DNA of 61,008 bases, taken from a virus. Lineage: Duplodnaviria; Caudoviricetes. Numbering within the stretch: the stretch's first letter is position 1; every line of letters begins with the position of its first letter. The translations under genes and the position numbers were made by a program. Of the stretch, positions 39,046 to 48,379 are shown piece after piece. The stretch is taken from positions 1-61,008 of IMG/VR virus record IMGVR_UViG_3300023214_000332. One strand, given 5' to 3'. Below the pieces are notes generated by a model that was given only the letters and a program-made list of their open reading frames with translations, was not told the DNA's origin and searched no databases.

Positions 39046-39842
39046 GTTGTAACCTCCGACAGTCGGTTGCGGCTGCCTACAACCCACAATAAATCCCCAC
39101 CCTGTAAAAATGGTAAGCACTTGGCCTCGTAAACGGGGTCCAGATTTATGCCCCCCAATTGGGTTTCCTGCGCGCTGCAACTATAAGGTAAATCACTTTT
39201 CACCAACCTAACCTTTTGGCGCCAACTAAACGGGCCGTAAAAATCTAGCCGCCGTGTCGGGTCCGCCCCCACTATTACACCCAGGACAGGAATATCCGTT
39301 ATGTGTAGCCACTCCAGACCGTGGGTGATGCCACATAGGGTCATACCACTGCCTACAGGCACCACGATGCGGTCAATCTGCAGTCCGTGTATAGACCGAA
39401 CCTGATAACTGGTTTGGTGGACAGCCTCCGCGCACTCCATTCCAAAAGGGATTTCCAACCAGCCGCGCTCAAGTGCGTCGTCCCTGGCCCGCTTTATGAT
39501 TACAGAGTTATACCCAGGTTTATGCTGGATTATTGTGGCACCAGCACCCTTTGCCAATAACGCCTGCTCCCCAAGCTGGCCACTCGGCATGTGTATACGG
39601 CATGGTACCCCCAAATAACGCGCAACCCGCGCCACAATGTTTGCTTGCGGGCTGGAGCGTGCACCCGCTGTTACAATTCCTTTGAGTGTAGCTGGCTTAG
39701 TAGAGAGGTAATAACAGGTACGGGCCTTGCCCCCATTGATCCCAGCAATACTATATTTATCATCTCGTTTAACCGCTATATCGCCAACCCACTCTACTGG
39801 GGTCAGTAATGTTGGTTGTGTTACCCAATCACAGTGTGACAT
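39042..39842 (-). CDS. PLP-dependent enzyme, fold type II (ACC deaminase/D-cysteine desulfhydrase-like)
   Basis: LTPVE, VKRDD, GGKAR, SPQ, VPVGSGMT, LDPVYEAK. Confidence 0.85.
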   Translation of the reverse strand: MSHCDWVTQPTLLTPVEWVGDIAVKRDDKYSIAGINGGKARTCYYLSTKPATLKGIVTAGARSSPQANIVARVARYLGVPCRIHMPSGQLGEQALLAKGAGATIIQHKPGYNSVIIKRARDDALERGWLEIPFGMECAEAVHQTSYQVRSIHGLQIDRIVVPVGSGMTLCGITHGLEWLHITDIPVLGVIVGADPTRRLDFYGPFSWRQKVRLVKSDLPYSCSAQETQLGGINLDPVYEAKCLPFLQGGDLLWVVGSRNRLSEVTT

Positions 39843-40455
39843 CTTTCAAAAACCCCAATTTGTTAAGCACAAAAAGGGACTGTCGGAAGTCCGACAGGAT
39901 ACCTAAAACAGTAGACTGCGACGCCGTATAACCCTCTGCCAGCAACTGATCAGATAATTGCCGTTTGGTTATTTTGGGGTTATACGCAATAAGTTCCTTC
40001 ATGCGCCAGGTCATACTAACCCCGCCCCCGCCCGGCTTGTTTGCACGTTTCCCCGTATTCCTGTGGGTACCACGTTTTATCGGTTGTGATTTTGGTGGTG
40101 TTTTAACCTCCTCTACCTCTTCCTCTTCCGCAGGCTCTCCTTCCTCACCCGCCCCCCTATTCACCCTCTCATCATCCTCCGCCTTTTCCACACCAACCTC
40201 AACATTTGGTTTGGCCATATTGGTCTGCGTGGGGAATGGGGCTGGGTTTGGCTTACGCCCCTCAGCGTTTGCTGCATTAAACTCATCTGTTGCGTCTTGT
40301 GACCATTTTTGCGCCGCCTCCGACAATGATTCATACTCGTCGTCTGTCAAAATATCCCCTATAACTTCTAACATGCGTCGTATATAAGTCACACGCGACT
40401 CTTTAGCCCGCTGTTTAACACCCGTTGCTATTTGCAACTCTCGCTCAACATTCAT
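39829..40455 (-). CDS. Hypothetical protein, acidic linker and possible C-terminal HTH
   Basis: GGAGG RBS; coupled to neighbour. Confidence 0.6.
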   Translation of the reverse strand: MNVERELQIATGVKQRAKESRVTYIRRMLEVIGDILTDDEYESLSEAAQKWSQDATDEFNAANAEGRKPNPAPFPTQTNMAKPNVEVGVEKAEDDERVNRGAGEEGEPAEEEEVEEVKTPPKSQPIKRGTHRNTGKRANKPGGGGVSMTWRMKELIAYNPKITKRQLSDQLLAEGYTASQSTVLGILSDFRQSLFVLNKLGFLKDVTL

Positions 40456-40492
40456 AACAACCCTCCTATGTCCACATTAAATATACGTACCA

Positions 40493-40999
40493 TCAATTAC
40501 TATTAAAATAATTGCGCACCTCCTCCCGCAGGTTAGCTCCCACACCCTCTGGATCTTTTCCAATTAACCTGCACCAATATGTATTAGTGGTTTCTCGTCT
40601 GTTTATGTGTGCCCCCCGCTTTACCAACGCATCGATAAGCTGCTTTATATGTTCCGGGGCCGCATCTAACAATGCAAGTTCATATGCATTTTCGCAACCA
40701 ACCTCATCTGCAAGAATTTTCTTGTCCGCAAGAGTCTGCTGTTCTCTGGTACGTTGTGTGGCCAAGTTGTTGAAATGGTTACACATACACCGTTGAAATA
40801 TAGACATAAAATGTCTGGCATTCTCTACCTTGTACCGGTTACGACACACAAAAAAATACTCCCTGGCATCTTGTAACAGGTCCTCAAAATCCAAATAGTC
40901 CGCAACCCTCCATAAATTCTTGCCTATGTATTTTTTTACCCATCCTTCTATCGGACCCTCGAACTCTGGGTAAAACGCAAGCTGCTTTCTTTTTCCCAT
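40493..40999 (-). CDS. Sigma-factor-like protein (region 2)
   Basis: DFEDLLQDA...F.....RY......F...F......N...N pattern. Confidence 0.55.
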   Translation of the reverse strand: MGKRKQLAFYPEFEGPIEGWVKKYIGKNLWRVADYLDFEDLLQDAREYFFVCRNRYKVENARHFMSIFQRCMCNHFNNLATQRTREQQTLADKKILADEVGCENAYELALLDAAPEHIKQLIDALVKRGAHINRRETTNTYWCRLIGKDPEGVGANLREEVRNYFNSN

Positions 41000-42045
41000 G
41001 TCCCAATGCCCTCCACAAAGGCCCTTACATCTTCTGGCGTCATCTCGCCGGGGTCTTTTAACCCAGGTGCTAATGTGTGTGCCCCAACCAAATGCAACGA
41101 CGCCAACCTCCGTGACAAGCTCAATGCCTGAGCTGTCGCTGTGCTGTCCAACAAAATGTGTAACCTACAGTTATAGATCTCAGACAACGCCGTCAAAAGC
41201 GACACCTGCTCCGGTGTCGTTGCCAATGTAAATAAACACGTTGCGCGCACTCCACGCGGCGCCGCAAAAAAATCTAGCTTTATTGCGTCAAACGGACCCT
41301 CACAGATAACCACGTCCAATGGACGCGCCTGTGCTTCTGCGGTGCTTACAATCAAGTCATAATTCCACAGCAACCGGTTGACCGGTACCGCCCCTACGGG
41401 GTCTCCCCGCTCCCTTGCCTTGTCCTGGTCGCCGGTGAGGCTCATGTACCGTAGGGTTGCGTCAGGTAAGATGGAACGGGATGTCCAAGACTGCAATATG
41501 CAATTTACATCAAACACGGGGATAATAATGCGGTCCCGCCACCGCCCCGTGGTGGCGCATAGCAGGTTGTATTTTTTTATTACCCCGCATGCCTCGCTGT
41601 GCGAAAACCCACGACTGATCACGTAATCAAAAAACCTTGCTGTGACCCCCTGAGGTTTTATTGTGCGGAATTCCTTATTGAATTGAATCCCTGTGGGGGT
41701 GTTGTAGACAGCCTCGCCAGCGGGGGAGAAGCCACCAATAACCTTGTCAAAATCACTAAGTGGCGGCCCAGCTTGTGCTGCTATTGCTGCAGCCTCTGCA
41801 TGACTACAACCTATTAAAGCGCGGATCAAGCGCGTCGGATCTTTTCCCCGGTGGTCTTGGTCACGCCAACACCCGTAATATCCGGTAGTGGTCGAAATAC
41901 CCATGTGGTGTGACGGATCATCGCCACACCAAGGGCAGCTAATATTTATATTCCCGCGCGCGACGTTCGGCCCACGGGTCACATAAGGTATGCCATGCCG
42001 TTCCAAAAACAACGCAAAATTAAACAACGGCCTCCCCCTCCACAA
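40948..42045 (-). CDS. DNA primase (Zn finger + TOPRIM)
   Basis: CPWC..D...H...CWR...H, RIIIP, CEGPFDA, LLD, KDPG. Confidence 0.88.
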   Translation of the reverse strand: MWRGRPLFNFALFLERHGIPYVTRGPNVARGNINISCPWCGDDPSHHMGISTTTGYYGCWRDQDHRGKDPTRLIRALIGCSHAEAAAIAAQAGPPLSDFDKVIGGFSPAGEAVYNTPTGIQFNKEFRTIKPQGVTARFFDYVISRGFSHSEACGVIKKYNLLCATTGRWRDRIIIPVFDVNCILQSWTSRSILPDATLRYMSLTGDQDKARERGDPVGAVPVNRLLWNYDLIVSTAEAQARPLDVVICEGPFDAIKLDFFAAPRGVRATCLFTLATTPEQVSLLTALSEIYNCRLHILLDSTATAQALSLSRRLASLHLVGAHTLAPGLKDPGEMTPEDVRAFVEGIGTWEKESSLRFTQSSRVR

Positions 42046-43537
42046 GGGCTTTAAACAGATCTTTGCCTTCTTTTAAGTACTGGTATAACTTTTCGTCTAC
42101 GCTGCCCACCACTGTTATATAATGTATAAAAACCTTGCGCGTTTGTCCAGTCCTATGCAGCCGCCGCAGCATTTGCTCGTGGGTTATGGGAGAGGTTGGC
42201 ATCTCATGGATAACCATGTAGTTAGCCACCTGCAGGTTTAGCCCGGCAGACCCAGAGTCGTTGTTCGCAACAAGCACCCGGCATTTTGGGTCAGTTTGGA
42301 ATTGCTCTAGAACAGCCCCCTTATTTTTCGTTCCCCCGTATAAACGGACATGGGGAACTTTCGCCTGCTTTAACGCCCGACAGATCATTTCCCCCGTGTA
42401 AATAAACTCATTAAACACCACCATTTTACGGCCATCTGGCAATTCATCTACTAATTCTAATAATGCTTCTATCTTGGGGTTTTCCTTTAACTCAACCTCT
42501 ACACGCTTACCCTCCTCCGTTACCAGTGGCACAATCCCACTGGTCAACATACGCAAGCGTATAAACGCGTTCTCCATCTCGCGGTAATTACCCTTGCTTG
42601 CGCGCACAGCCTGCACAATTTCCTTATAGTGCTTTTTCGCTTCTATTGGCATGGGCACCTCAAATAGAGATACTGACCTGGGCGGCAAATCAACACATGC
42701 CTCGGCCTTGTACCGGATGGACCGGTTTTTGGTGGCCTTATACATCGCGCCCTTCATATCTTCTTTTAGCGTGTACTCATAACCACCCCATCGGTTTATG
42801 TGCGTCTTGAAATATGCCGCACGGAATATTGATAGTGTGTAACCAAAGGTGTGGCCACGGTCTATACAGAAAAACTGTGCCCACAGGTCATGGGGGTCTC
42901 TGCCAAAAGGCGTGCCCGTCATGCCAAACCTATTCTCACACCCGGACGCTATGCGGCTACAGATTTTATACGTCCAAGACCGGTGATTTTTTATTTTGTG
43001 GCACTCGTCCAGTATTAGTGTGCCCAATGTCCCCGCAAACAAATCAACGGCGTCGGTGTTTAGCAGCGTTTCCTTATTCTCGCGGTAAGTAAATAAGGCA
43101 ACAAGCCCAGCGTAGTTGATAATATATAGGTTTGGTTTGTCCTTGCTGTTAATCTCGCGCTGCCTCTCGCGTGAACTGCCTAATAGCGGGGTAGCTACCA
43201 GTCCGGGCGCGTGGCGTGCTATTTCTGGTAGCCAATTACTGATATTAACCACATTAGGGACACAAACTAAGGCGGGCTTGCTGCCTAGCCATTTGATTAA
43301 ATTTAGTGCTACTGCCGTTTTCCCCAGGCCCATATCCGCGAAGAACAAAAATTGGCGCAACGTGGCGCCAAGCAAGAACATGACTTTTTGATGCCTAAAC
43401 GGTGGGGTAGCAAATGTTGGAGGTGGGTCCAACTCCGCCAACATTGCGTCCAACTCACTCTCTGGTAAATCTTTCAGATAATCATAATGGTCTAGTTTGC
43501 GCGCTAAGAATTGCTGTACAGCCCGCTTTGATATCAC
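42020..43537 (-). CDS. SNF2-family helicase
   Basis: DMGLGKT, DECH.IKN, TGTP, GLNLQ, R.HRTGQ. Confidence 0.92.
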   Translation of the reverse strand: MISKRAVQQFLARKLDHYDYLKDLPESELDAMLAELDPPPTFATPPFRHQKVMFLLGATLRQFLFFADMGLGKTAVALNLIKWLGSKPALVCVPNVVNISNWLPEIARHAPGLVATPLLGSSRERQREINSKDKPNLYIINYAGLVALFTYRENKETLLNTDAVDLFAGTLGTLILDECHKIKNHRSWTYKICSRIASGCENRFGMTGTPFGRDPHDLWAQFFCIDRGHTFGYTLSIFRAAYFKTHINRWGGYEYTLKEDMKGAMYKATKNRSIRYKAEACVDLPPRSVSLFEVPMPIEAKKHYKEIVQAVRASKGNYREMENAFIRLRMLTSGIVPLVTEEGKRVEVELKENPKIEALLELVDELPDGRKMVVFNEFIYTGEMICRALKQAKVPHVRLYGGTKNKGAVLEQFQTDPKCRVLVANNDSGSAGLNLQVANYMVIHEMPTSPITHEQMLRRLHRTGQTRKVFIHYITVVGSVDEKLYQYLKEGKDLFKALVEGEAVV

Positions 43538-43654
43538 AAAGCACCCTTGAGGTTAGTTACGCCCTAGAAAATGGCTAATGATTCCTGTGGTGTTTGTGTT
43601 TGTGGGGTGTTGTCTTAAAGTAAGGTAACCCACAAACTCCGGCCCGACCTTTAT

Positions 43655-43683
43655 ACAATATAACAAAACCCCAACACAGTCAA
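43655..43683 (-). promoter_or_regulatory. Sigma70-type promoter
   Basis: TTGACT-17-TATTGT in the gap upstream of the SNF2 gene. Confidence 0.5.
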
Positions 43684-43685
43684 CG

Positions 43686-45125
43686 CTAACCGTCAGCCTG
43701 CGGAGCATGGCTTGCGAGCACATCCCAGTACCGGGAGAGCATCAGCACAGAGTCAAGAACAAACTGGCCCATAGCATAGTTTTGTGTAATCAATACAGTA
43801 AACTTGTCCTCATCGTTGCGCCCGTTAGACACATAAATACGCGCCAGCCCACAGGCACGCTCTGCCTCAGTCTGGTTATATGTGAGGACACAATCGGCTG
43901 TCGCAATTTTACTGAAATCCTCCGACACGTTCCCCTCCGTCAACACCTTACTACCCACGCCACTGCGGTTAGATTGTGTGGCAGTAGCCACAGCGATATT
44001 ACGCTCCACCGCAATGCCGCGTAGCCGTTTGTACAAATCTCCCAGCTCATGGCGGTAATTGTTAGGGTTGATGAACATTAGGTCTGCATAATCAACAATC
44101 AACAAATCCGGTGTAAACCCCTCCTGCAGCTCTAGCATGTCCAAATAGGCCGCCAACTCCTGCACCTTTAGCTGCCCTGTGGGGAATTGCTTCACCAACA
44201 ACCGGTTTAACCGAGTACCGGCCCAACTGGCTTTGTCCATCAATTTTTGAGCTATTTTGGGGTCGTCCAGCGCCAGCTTTGGCTTTACGTTTTTCTCTGA
44301 TAAATCAATAAGTCTGCCAAGCTCATCTTTCTCCAACTCACTTGTGGTCACCTCGTCTGTTGTCCGTTTGGCGACGGCGAAGAGGGACTGGTAGTACCGT
44401 TGCACCATCCTAGGCTCTGACATCTCCAACGTCACATGACATACCCGTAGCCGATGCTCCAACACCGCCCGACGCCCCAGGTTTACCAACCACCACGTTT
44501 TGCCAGATTTTGGGAGTCCTATGTACAAGTGTAAGCCCTTGCGGATTGGGCCTAACCCACGCCGATCCAACTCTGGTATCCCCGTGGGGAAAGACTCTAC
44601 GTTGTCTGACAAAAACTGCTCTATTATCCCCGCGTCTGTTAACCGCACCCCAGGCCTAAACAACTGTACCCGGCGGCGGATTGCATTATTTAGTAAATCC
44701 TCCGCCTCATCGGCACCCCCACCCGCCTGCAGTCGAGACGCCGCCTTTATTATCCCCTCTTTTAATGCTTGCTGTCGGACAAAATCCTCTGCTCGACTAA
44801 TGGCAAACTCCCCATTGACCACATCTTTATTCTCATAAAGGTCGTGGAGGATGCGCTTATACAGCTTGGATTTTCTGTCGTCTTGCCCCTCTAATATATC
44901 ATCAAACAGATCTGCTGTATGCTCCCCCGGCACCTGTTTATATTTATCGATGTAGTCATAGACACGGATGACTATGCTTTGGTATTCACCCTCAAATAAG
45001 GTTGGGTCCACCAACCCCCGGACCACGGGGCCGTACTGCTGATCAAAACAGGCTAACAACAATAAATTTTCTTGTTGTGCCCGTGTAATTCTATCTCTCA
45101 CGACGCCAACCCCCCGTAACCCCAT
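43686..45125 (-). CDS. dnaB: DnaB-like replicative helicase
   Basis: PTGI.ELD, GLPKSGKT, TLEM, IVDYADL, TATQSNR, SEDFSK...AD; true start possibly ~45101. Confidence 0.9.
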   Translation of the reverse strand: MGLRGVGVVRDRITRAQQENLLLLACFDQQYGPVVRGLVDPTLFEGEYQSIVIRVYDYIDKYKQVPGEHTADLFDDILEGQDDRKSKLYKRILHDLYENKDVVNGEFAISRAEDFVRQQALKEGIIKAASRLQAGGGADEAEDLLNNAIRRRVQLFRPGVRLTDAGIIEQFLSDNVESFPTGIPELDRRGLGPIRKGLHLYIGLPKSGKTWWLVNLGRRAVLEHRLRVCHVTLEMSEPRMVQRYYQSLFAVAKRTTDEVTTSELEKDELGRLIDLSEKNVKPKLALDDPKIAQKLMDKASWAGTRLNRLLVKQFPTGQLKVQELAAYLDMLELQEGFTPDLLIVDYADLMFINPNNYRHELGDLYKRLRGIAVERNIAVATATQSNRSGVGSKVLTEGNVSEDFSKIATADCVLTYNQTEAERACGLARIYVSNGRNDEDKFTVLITQNYAMGQFVLDSVLMLSRYWDVLASHAPQADG

Positions 45126-45588
45126 TTAGCACCCAAGACAACAACCCGGATTGTGCATACCCGGGGAAGTTCTTGTTTATTAGTGATGGCGCCTTCTCCA
45201 TATTTGCTGCAAGCGTATTCAAAGTGACAATGACGCCAGCATCGCCCAGGTGCTTTATGACAAGTCCAGCAAACAGCCTATACAGGGCGAGGCGCTGCTG
45301 TTTTGCCGGCCGCCCACCTGTATATGTGTGGTCTAAGAAGTCGTCTATGCTGGCCAGAGCCTTGACGAGCTGGGCTTTTATTTTGTTGTCTTGTAACCCC
45401 TTACCACGGGGACTTCTCTTACACACATCCCTATACGCCTCCTGCATCCCTGCATATAACAGGGACAACTCCTCTGATTGCCCCCGCGCGGTCTTAGAGA
45501 CAAGCAAAGCACTCGCAGTATCTGCTACCCGCCGGAGGTCCGCAACACTAAGGGTGTCCAGCCCTCTAAGCGTGTCTTGTAACCCCAT
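45091..45588 (-). CDS. Hypothetical protein
   Basis: In operon; FPGY..SGLL C-terminal motif. Confidence 0.6.
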   Translation of the reverse strand: MGLQDTLRGLDTLSVADLRRVADTASALLVSKTARGQSEELSLLYAGMQEAYRDVCKRSPRGKGLQDNKIKAQLVKALASIDDFLDHTYTGGRPAKQQRLALYRLFAGLVIKHLGDAGVIVTLNTLAANMEKAPSLINKNFPGYAQSGLLSWVLNGVTGGWRRER

Positions 45589-45589
45589 A

Positions 45590-46030
45590 TCACGTCAATA
45601 ATTCAATTGCTCTATTAGCATCCGATACCGTCAACCCATATTTTTTATTTGTTCTGACTAACCTGGGGATCTGCTCGGGTAGGAAATCACTGTCATCGTC
45701 CAATATAACGTACCTGTAGTCACTCCAACTGCCCCGCCCCCAGACCTCTTGCAAATAGGACAATACCTCCCTCCCGCGGCTTTCAGTGCTGCCCGGCGTC
45801 ACACCAACCACCCGACTACGGCGGAGCCCAGCCACCTTTAGAAGCCATTTCAGTTCTTCTACATCATGCAAAAACCGCCAATTGCTACTAATTACTATAC
45901 GGGCTCCCGTTGCAAGACAAGCGCCCTCCACCAGCAACACCTTACTAGGGTCAAGTTGTACCCCGCGCTGGATATCATAGGTGCTGTTCAATACACCGTC
46001 TATGTCTAGGAATAGCAACTTGCTATTCAT
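45590..46030 (-). CDS. HAD-superfamily protein (Swiss-Army-Knife RNA-repair type)
   Basis: FLDIDGVLN, IVISSNWR, RGREV, YVILDD, GLT. Confidence 0.85.
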   Translation of the reverse strand: MNSKLLFLDIDGVLNSTYDIQRGVQLDPSKVLLVEGACLATGARIVISSNWRFLHDVEELKWLLKVAGLRRSRVVGVTPGSTESRGREVLSYLQEVWGRGSWSDYRYVILDDDSDFLPEQIPRLVRTNKKYGLTVSDANRAIELLT

Positions 46031-46220
46031 GTGCTGCCACCGATTTCGTCAGTATGATTCTCCCATTCTCGTCCACCACCTGTAATATGTCTAGACCAAC
46101 GTTACCATCCCGCCTGCGCATAAAAAGGTTACCACCCACACGGCCAACCGGCTGATAGCCGAGGTCGGCCAGCCGTTCGCAGACCGCCCGCTGCGTCTTT
46201 GATGGTCTAACCATTACCAT
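46023..46220 (-). CDS. Hypothetical protein
   Basis: Overlaps HAD gene start. Confidence 0.45.
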   Translation of the reverse strand: MVMVRPSKTQRAVCERLADLGYQPVGRVGGNLFMRRRDGNVGLDILQVVDENGRIILTKSVAAHE

Positions 46221-46361
46221 TGTTCTGGTTGATGTTAAGTTCCCGGCTGGCTACTTTAACCCGCGCCGGGGACGGGTTACGGGGTGTCCCTCCGTAGCCT
46301 CAGGCCCCTTGTGCGGACTCCCCTCGGGGTAGGGTAGACAGCATTAGCGCCGCACTCGCCA

Positions 46362-46757
46362 TTACTTCAGTCCAAAATAAGCAGAATCCGGTAATTCTCC
46401 CCTTGCACCTAATTCCACCAAGCATGCCATCAAACAACGTGCCTTGCTGGTCCTAAAATAAACATACGTGGTATGCAGGGCAGCAAAGCAAAAAACGCAA
46501 TAAGCTATTGCTGTACCCAACCCACGGGGCGCAGCCATCAAGAGAATAAGGGGAACAGCCGCCATAAGGGGCGCGACATAAGAAAGCCAACGCTCTGTAT
46601 TGCTAAGGCTGTTGAGGGTTTTGACACAAACAGCATTGCGCCGAAAAACAACTGGGCGTACCAGCCAATTGAGGACATACTCAAACCTAGTACTGGTAGG
46701 CACCGTCCACCACACTATTTCTTTGTTGTCTGCCATCATATTCTCCAGCAAAACCAA
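46362..46757 (-). CDS. Membrane protein (two TM segments)
   Basis: Hydrophobic segments; GGAG RBS before ATG ~46739. Confidence 0.55.
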   Translation of the reverse strand: MVLLENMMADNKEIVWWTVPTSTRFEYVLNWLVRPVVFRRNAVCVKTLNSLSNTERWLSYVAPLMAAVPLILLMAAPRGLGTAIAYCVFCFAALHTTYVYFRTSKARCLMACLVELGARGELPDSAYFGLK

Positions 46758-46794
46758 TAGCTTATATATTACACTAAGCTAGCCACCATTACAA
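46758..46794 (-). promoter_or_regulatory. Promoter for the leftward operon with inverted repeat around -10
   Basis: TTGTAA-17-TAATAT; TAGCTTA(46758-64)/TAAGCTA(46775-81). Confidence 0.5.
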
Positions 46795-47035
46795 CACCCG
46801 CATATTACATCAACAAACACAAACCCACCCGGTATATATTCTATAGGTTGACCCCCAACCATAAAAACTCGGCGCCCGGTACTGCGTGACAGGGGAGCAT
46901 AGGTACCAGCCCTAGGCATGGCTCAAAACTGCTACCAGACGGGGTGCAACTCCCATAACGATCTGGCGGTGGGCCGTAAGCGCGAGCCGGGGGTATCAAC
47001 ATAATGGTTGGTACAGAGCGCTTCCTCTATGCGGT

Positions 47036-47078
47036 GGCCCCTCCCTACCCTCATGTGTGGGGGTAGGGGGGCCTTCTT
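47036..47078 (+). terminator. Strong GC hairpin / intrinsic terminator
   Basis: cctccctaccctca-tgtg-tgggggtagggggg followed by ccttctt. Confidence 0.55.
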
Positions 47079-47126
47079 ACGGTAGCCCATAATTCAAGGA
47101 TTGTAGAGGTGTTGTTATTATATTCA

Positions 47127-47228
47127 TGTGTAGAGGTTGAATTATGCTATCCCTGCTGTGTAGAGGTTGAATTATGCTATCCCTGCTGTGTAGAGGTTGA
47201 ATTATGCTATCCCTGCTGTGTAGAGGTT
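47127..47228. repeat. 30-bp tandem repeat, 3.4 exact copies
   Basis: tgtgtagaggttgaattatgctatccctgc. Confidence 0.95.
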
Positions 47229-47299
47229 TTATGAGAATACACGACAATGCACCCCATTGGTGTATACAATGGGGTGTGTATGGCATCGGCAGTTTGTTG

Positions 47300-47602
47300 T
47301 TACGTGTCGTACTTGTACGACACGGGGTTCCCTGCTTTAGCCATACTTTCCAACATCCGTCTACTCCCAGGCGTTCTCTTGCCATTGCGTTTCGCCCACT
47401 GCAGCATAGTCCCCATGTCGAACCTAATGTTGTGGCGGTCATCGCCGGGGATGATTATGCAGGGTAGCGGGTCGTCCGTTCTGTGGCGCCAATTCCATAT
47501 GGTCATCTGTTTCACACCAAAGAGGCGACAGACACCACTGGTGGTCAACAGGTTATTGAGTATGACGGTTGTGTTTGGTTTGTTCCCAGTTTGTGTTTGC
47601 AT
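47300..47602 (-). CDS. MerR/excisionase-like HTH DNA-binding protein
   Basis: LLTTSGVCRLFGVKQMTIWNWR...PLP....IRF......W. Confidence 0.75.
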   Translation of the reverse strand: MQTQTGNKPNTTVILNNLLTTSGVCRLFGVKQMTIWNWRHRTDDPLPCIIIPGDDRHNIRFDMGTMLQWAKRNGKRTPGSRRMLESMAKAGNPVSYKYDT

Positions 47603-47710
47603 GCATTATATATACCATGCTTTTTAATACCTGTCTACAGTCTCTTATGTAAATCATAATTATGGTAGAGTGGTGGGGAATAAGGGTTTGGTGTTTATTT
47701 GGGTTATCAC

Positions 47711-48379
47711 ATGGCACGGAAAAGGCTGGAAAAATCCCCCAAGCGGCAACAGGCTGTTGATGCATTGCGGCATAAACGGGAGTTGCGGCAGGGGGGAGGG
47801 TCGGTGCTGAGTTACCGGTACAAGCACCTTATGACGAAAAACCCGGAGGTAGACCCGGATGCCGTACCACCGCATGTCCCTAGTAGTCGGGAGCCGGTTA
47901 TTGTGGACCCGGTGGTGCGGGAGGCTATTGTTGAAAAAATACGCCAGGGTAATTACATCCGCACCGCCGCTGCTTATGCCGGCATTAGCTACAATGCGTT
48001 GATGGGCGCTTTGGCCAAGGGGCGGGATGGCAAGGACTTGTTGTACTACAATTTTTGGAACGAGGTGCAGCAGGCGGAGGCGGAGGCGGAGGTCAACCGA
48101 CTGGAGCAGGTTAGTGAGCATGCCAAGGAGGATTGGCGTGCTGGTATGGAGATATTGGCTCGGCGGTGGCCTGAGCGGTGGGCGAAGAGGGAGCACCACC
48201 GGCATGAGGTAAGTGGGTCGGTGGACCACAACCTGCGCAATAACTTTGCTGCGCGTATTTTGGCTGATCCTGTAAGCCGGGATTTGGCGCGGCGTTTATT
48301 GACCCGGCAACAGGGGGAGGGAGAGGGGGAGGAGGTTATAGAGGGTGAGTGGTCAGAGTCTGAAGATAGAGGAACCTGA
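47711..48379 (+). CDS. Terminase small subunit
   Basis: I.QGNY..TAA.YAGIS HTH, AEAEAE, DWRA...LARRWPERW; directly upstream of TerL. Confidence 0.75.
   Translation: MARKRLEKSPKRQQAVDALRHKRELRQGGGSVLSYRYKHLMTKNPEVDPDAVPPHVPSSREPVIVDPVVREAIVEKIRQGNYIRTAAAYAGISYNALMGALAKGRDGKDLLYYNFWNEVQQAEAEAEVNRLEQVSEHAKEDWRAGMEILARRWPERWAKREHHRHEVSGSVDHNLRNNFAARILADPVSRDLARRLLTRQQGEGEGEEVIEGEWSESEDRGT

Noticed and set aside
46930-46970. tRNA gene
   Set aside because: Only a T-arm-like hairpin; no acceptor, D or anticodon arms could be built
47127-47228. CRISPR or mini-array
   Set aside because: Units are head-to-tail identical with no unique spacers, and no cas genes are present
47300-47602. Excisionase as proof of a temperate lifestyle
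   Set aside because: This HTH class is common in lytic phages; no integrase or CI-type repressor in the window
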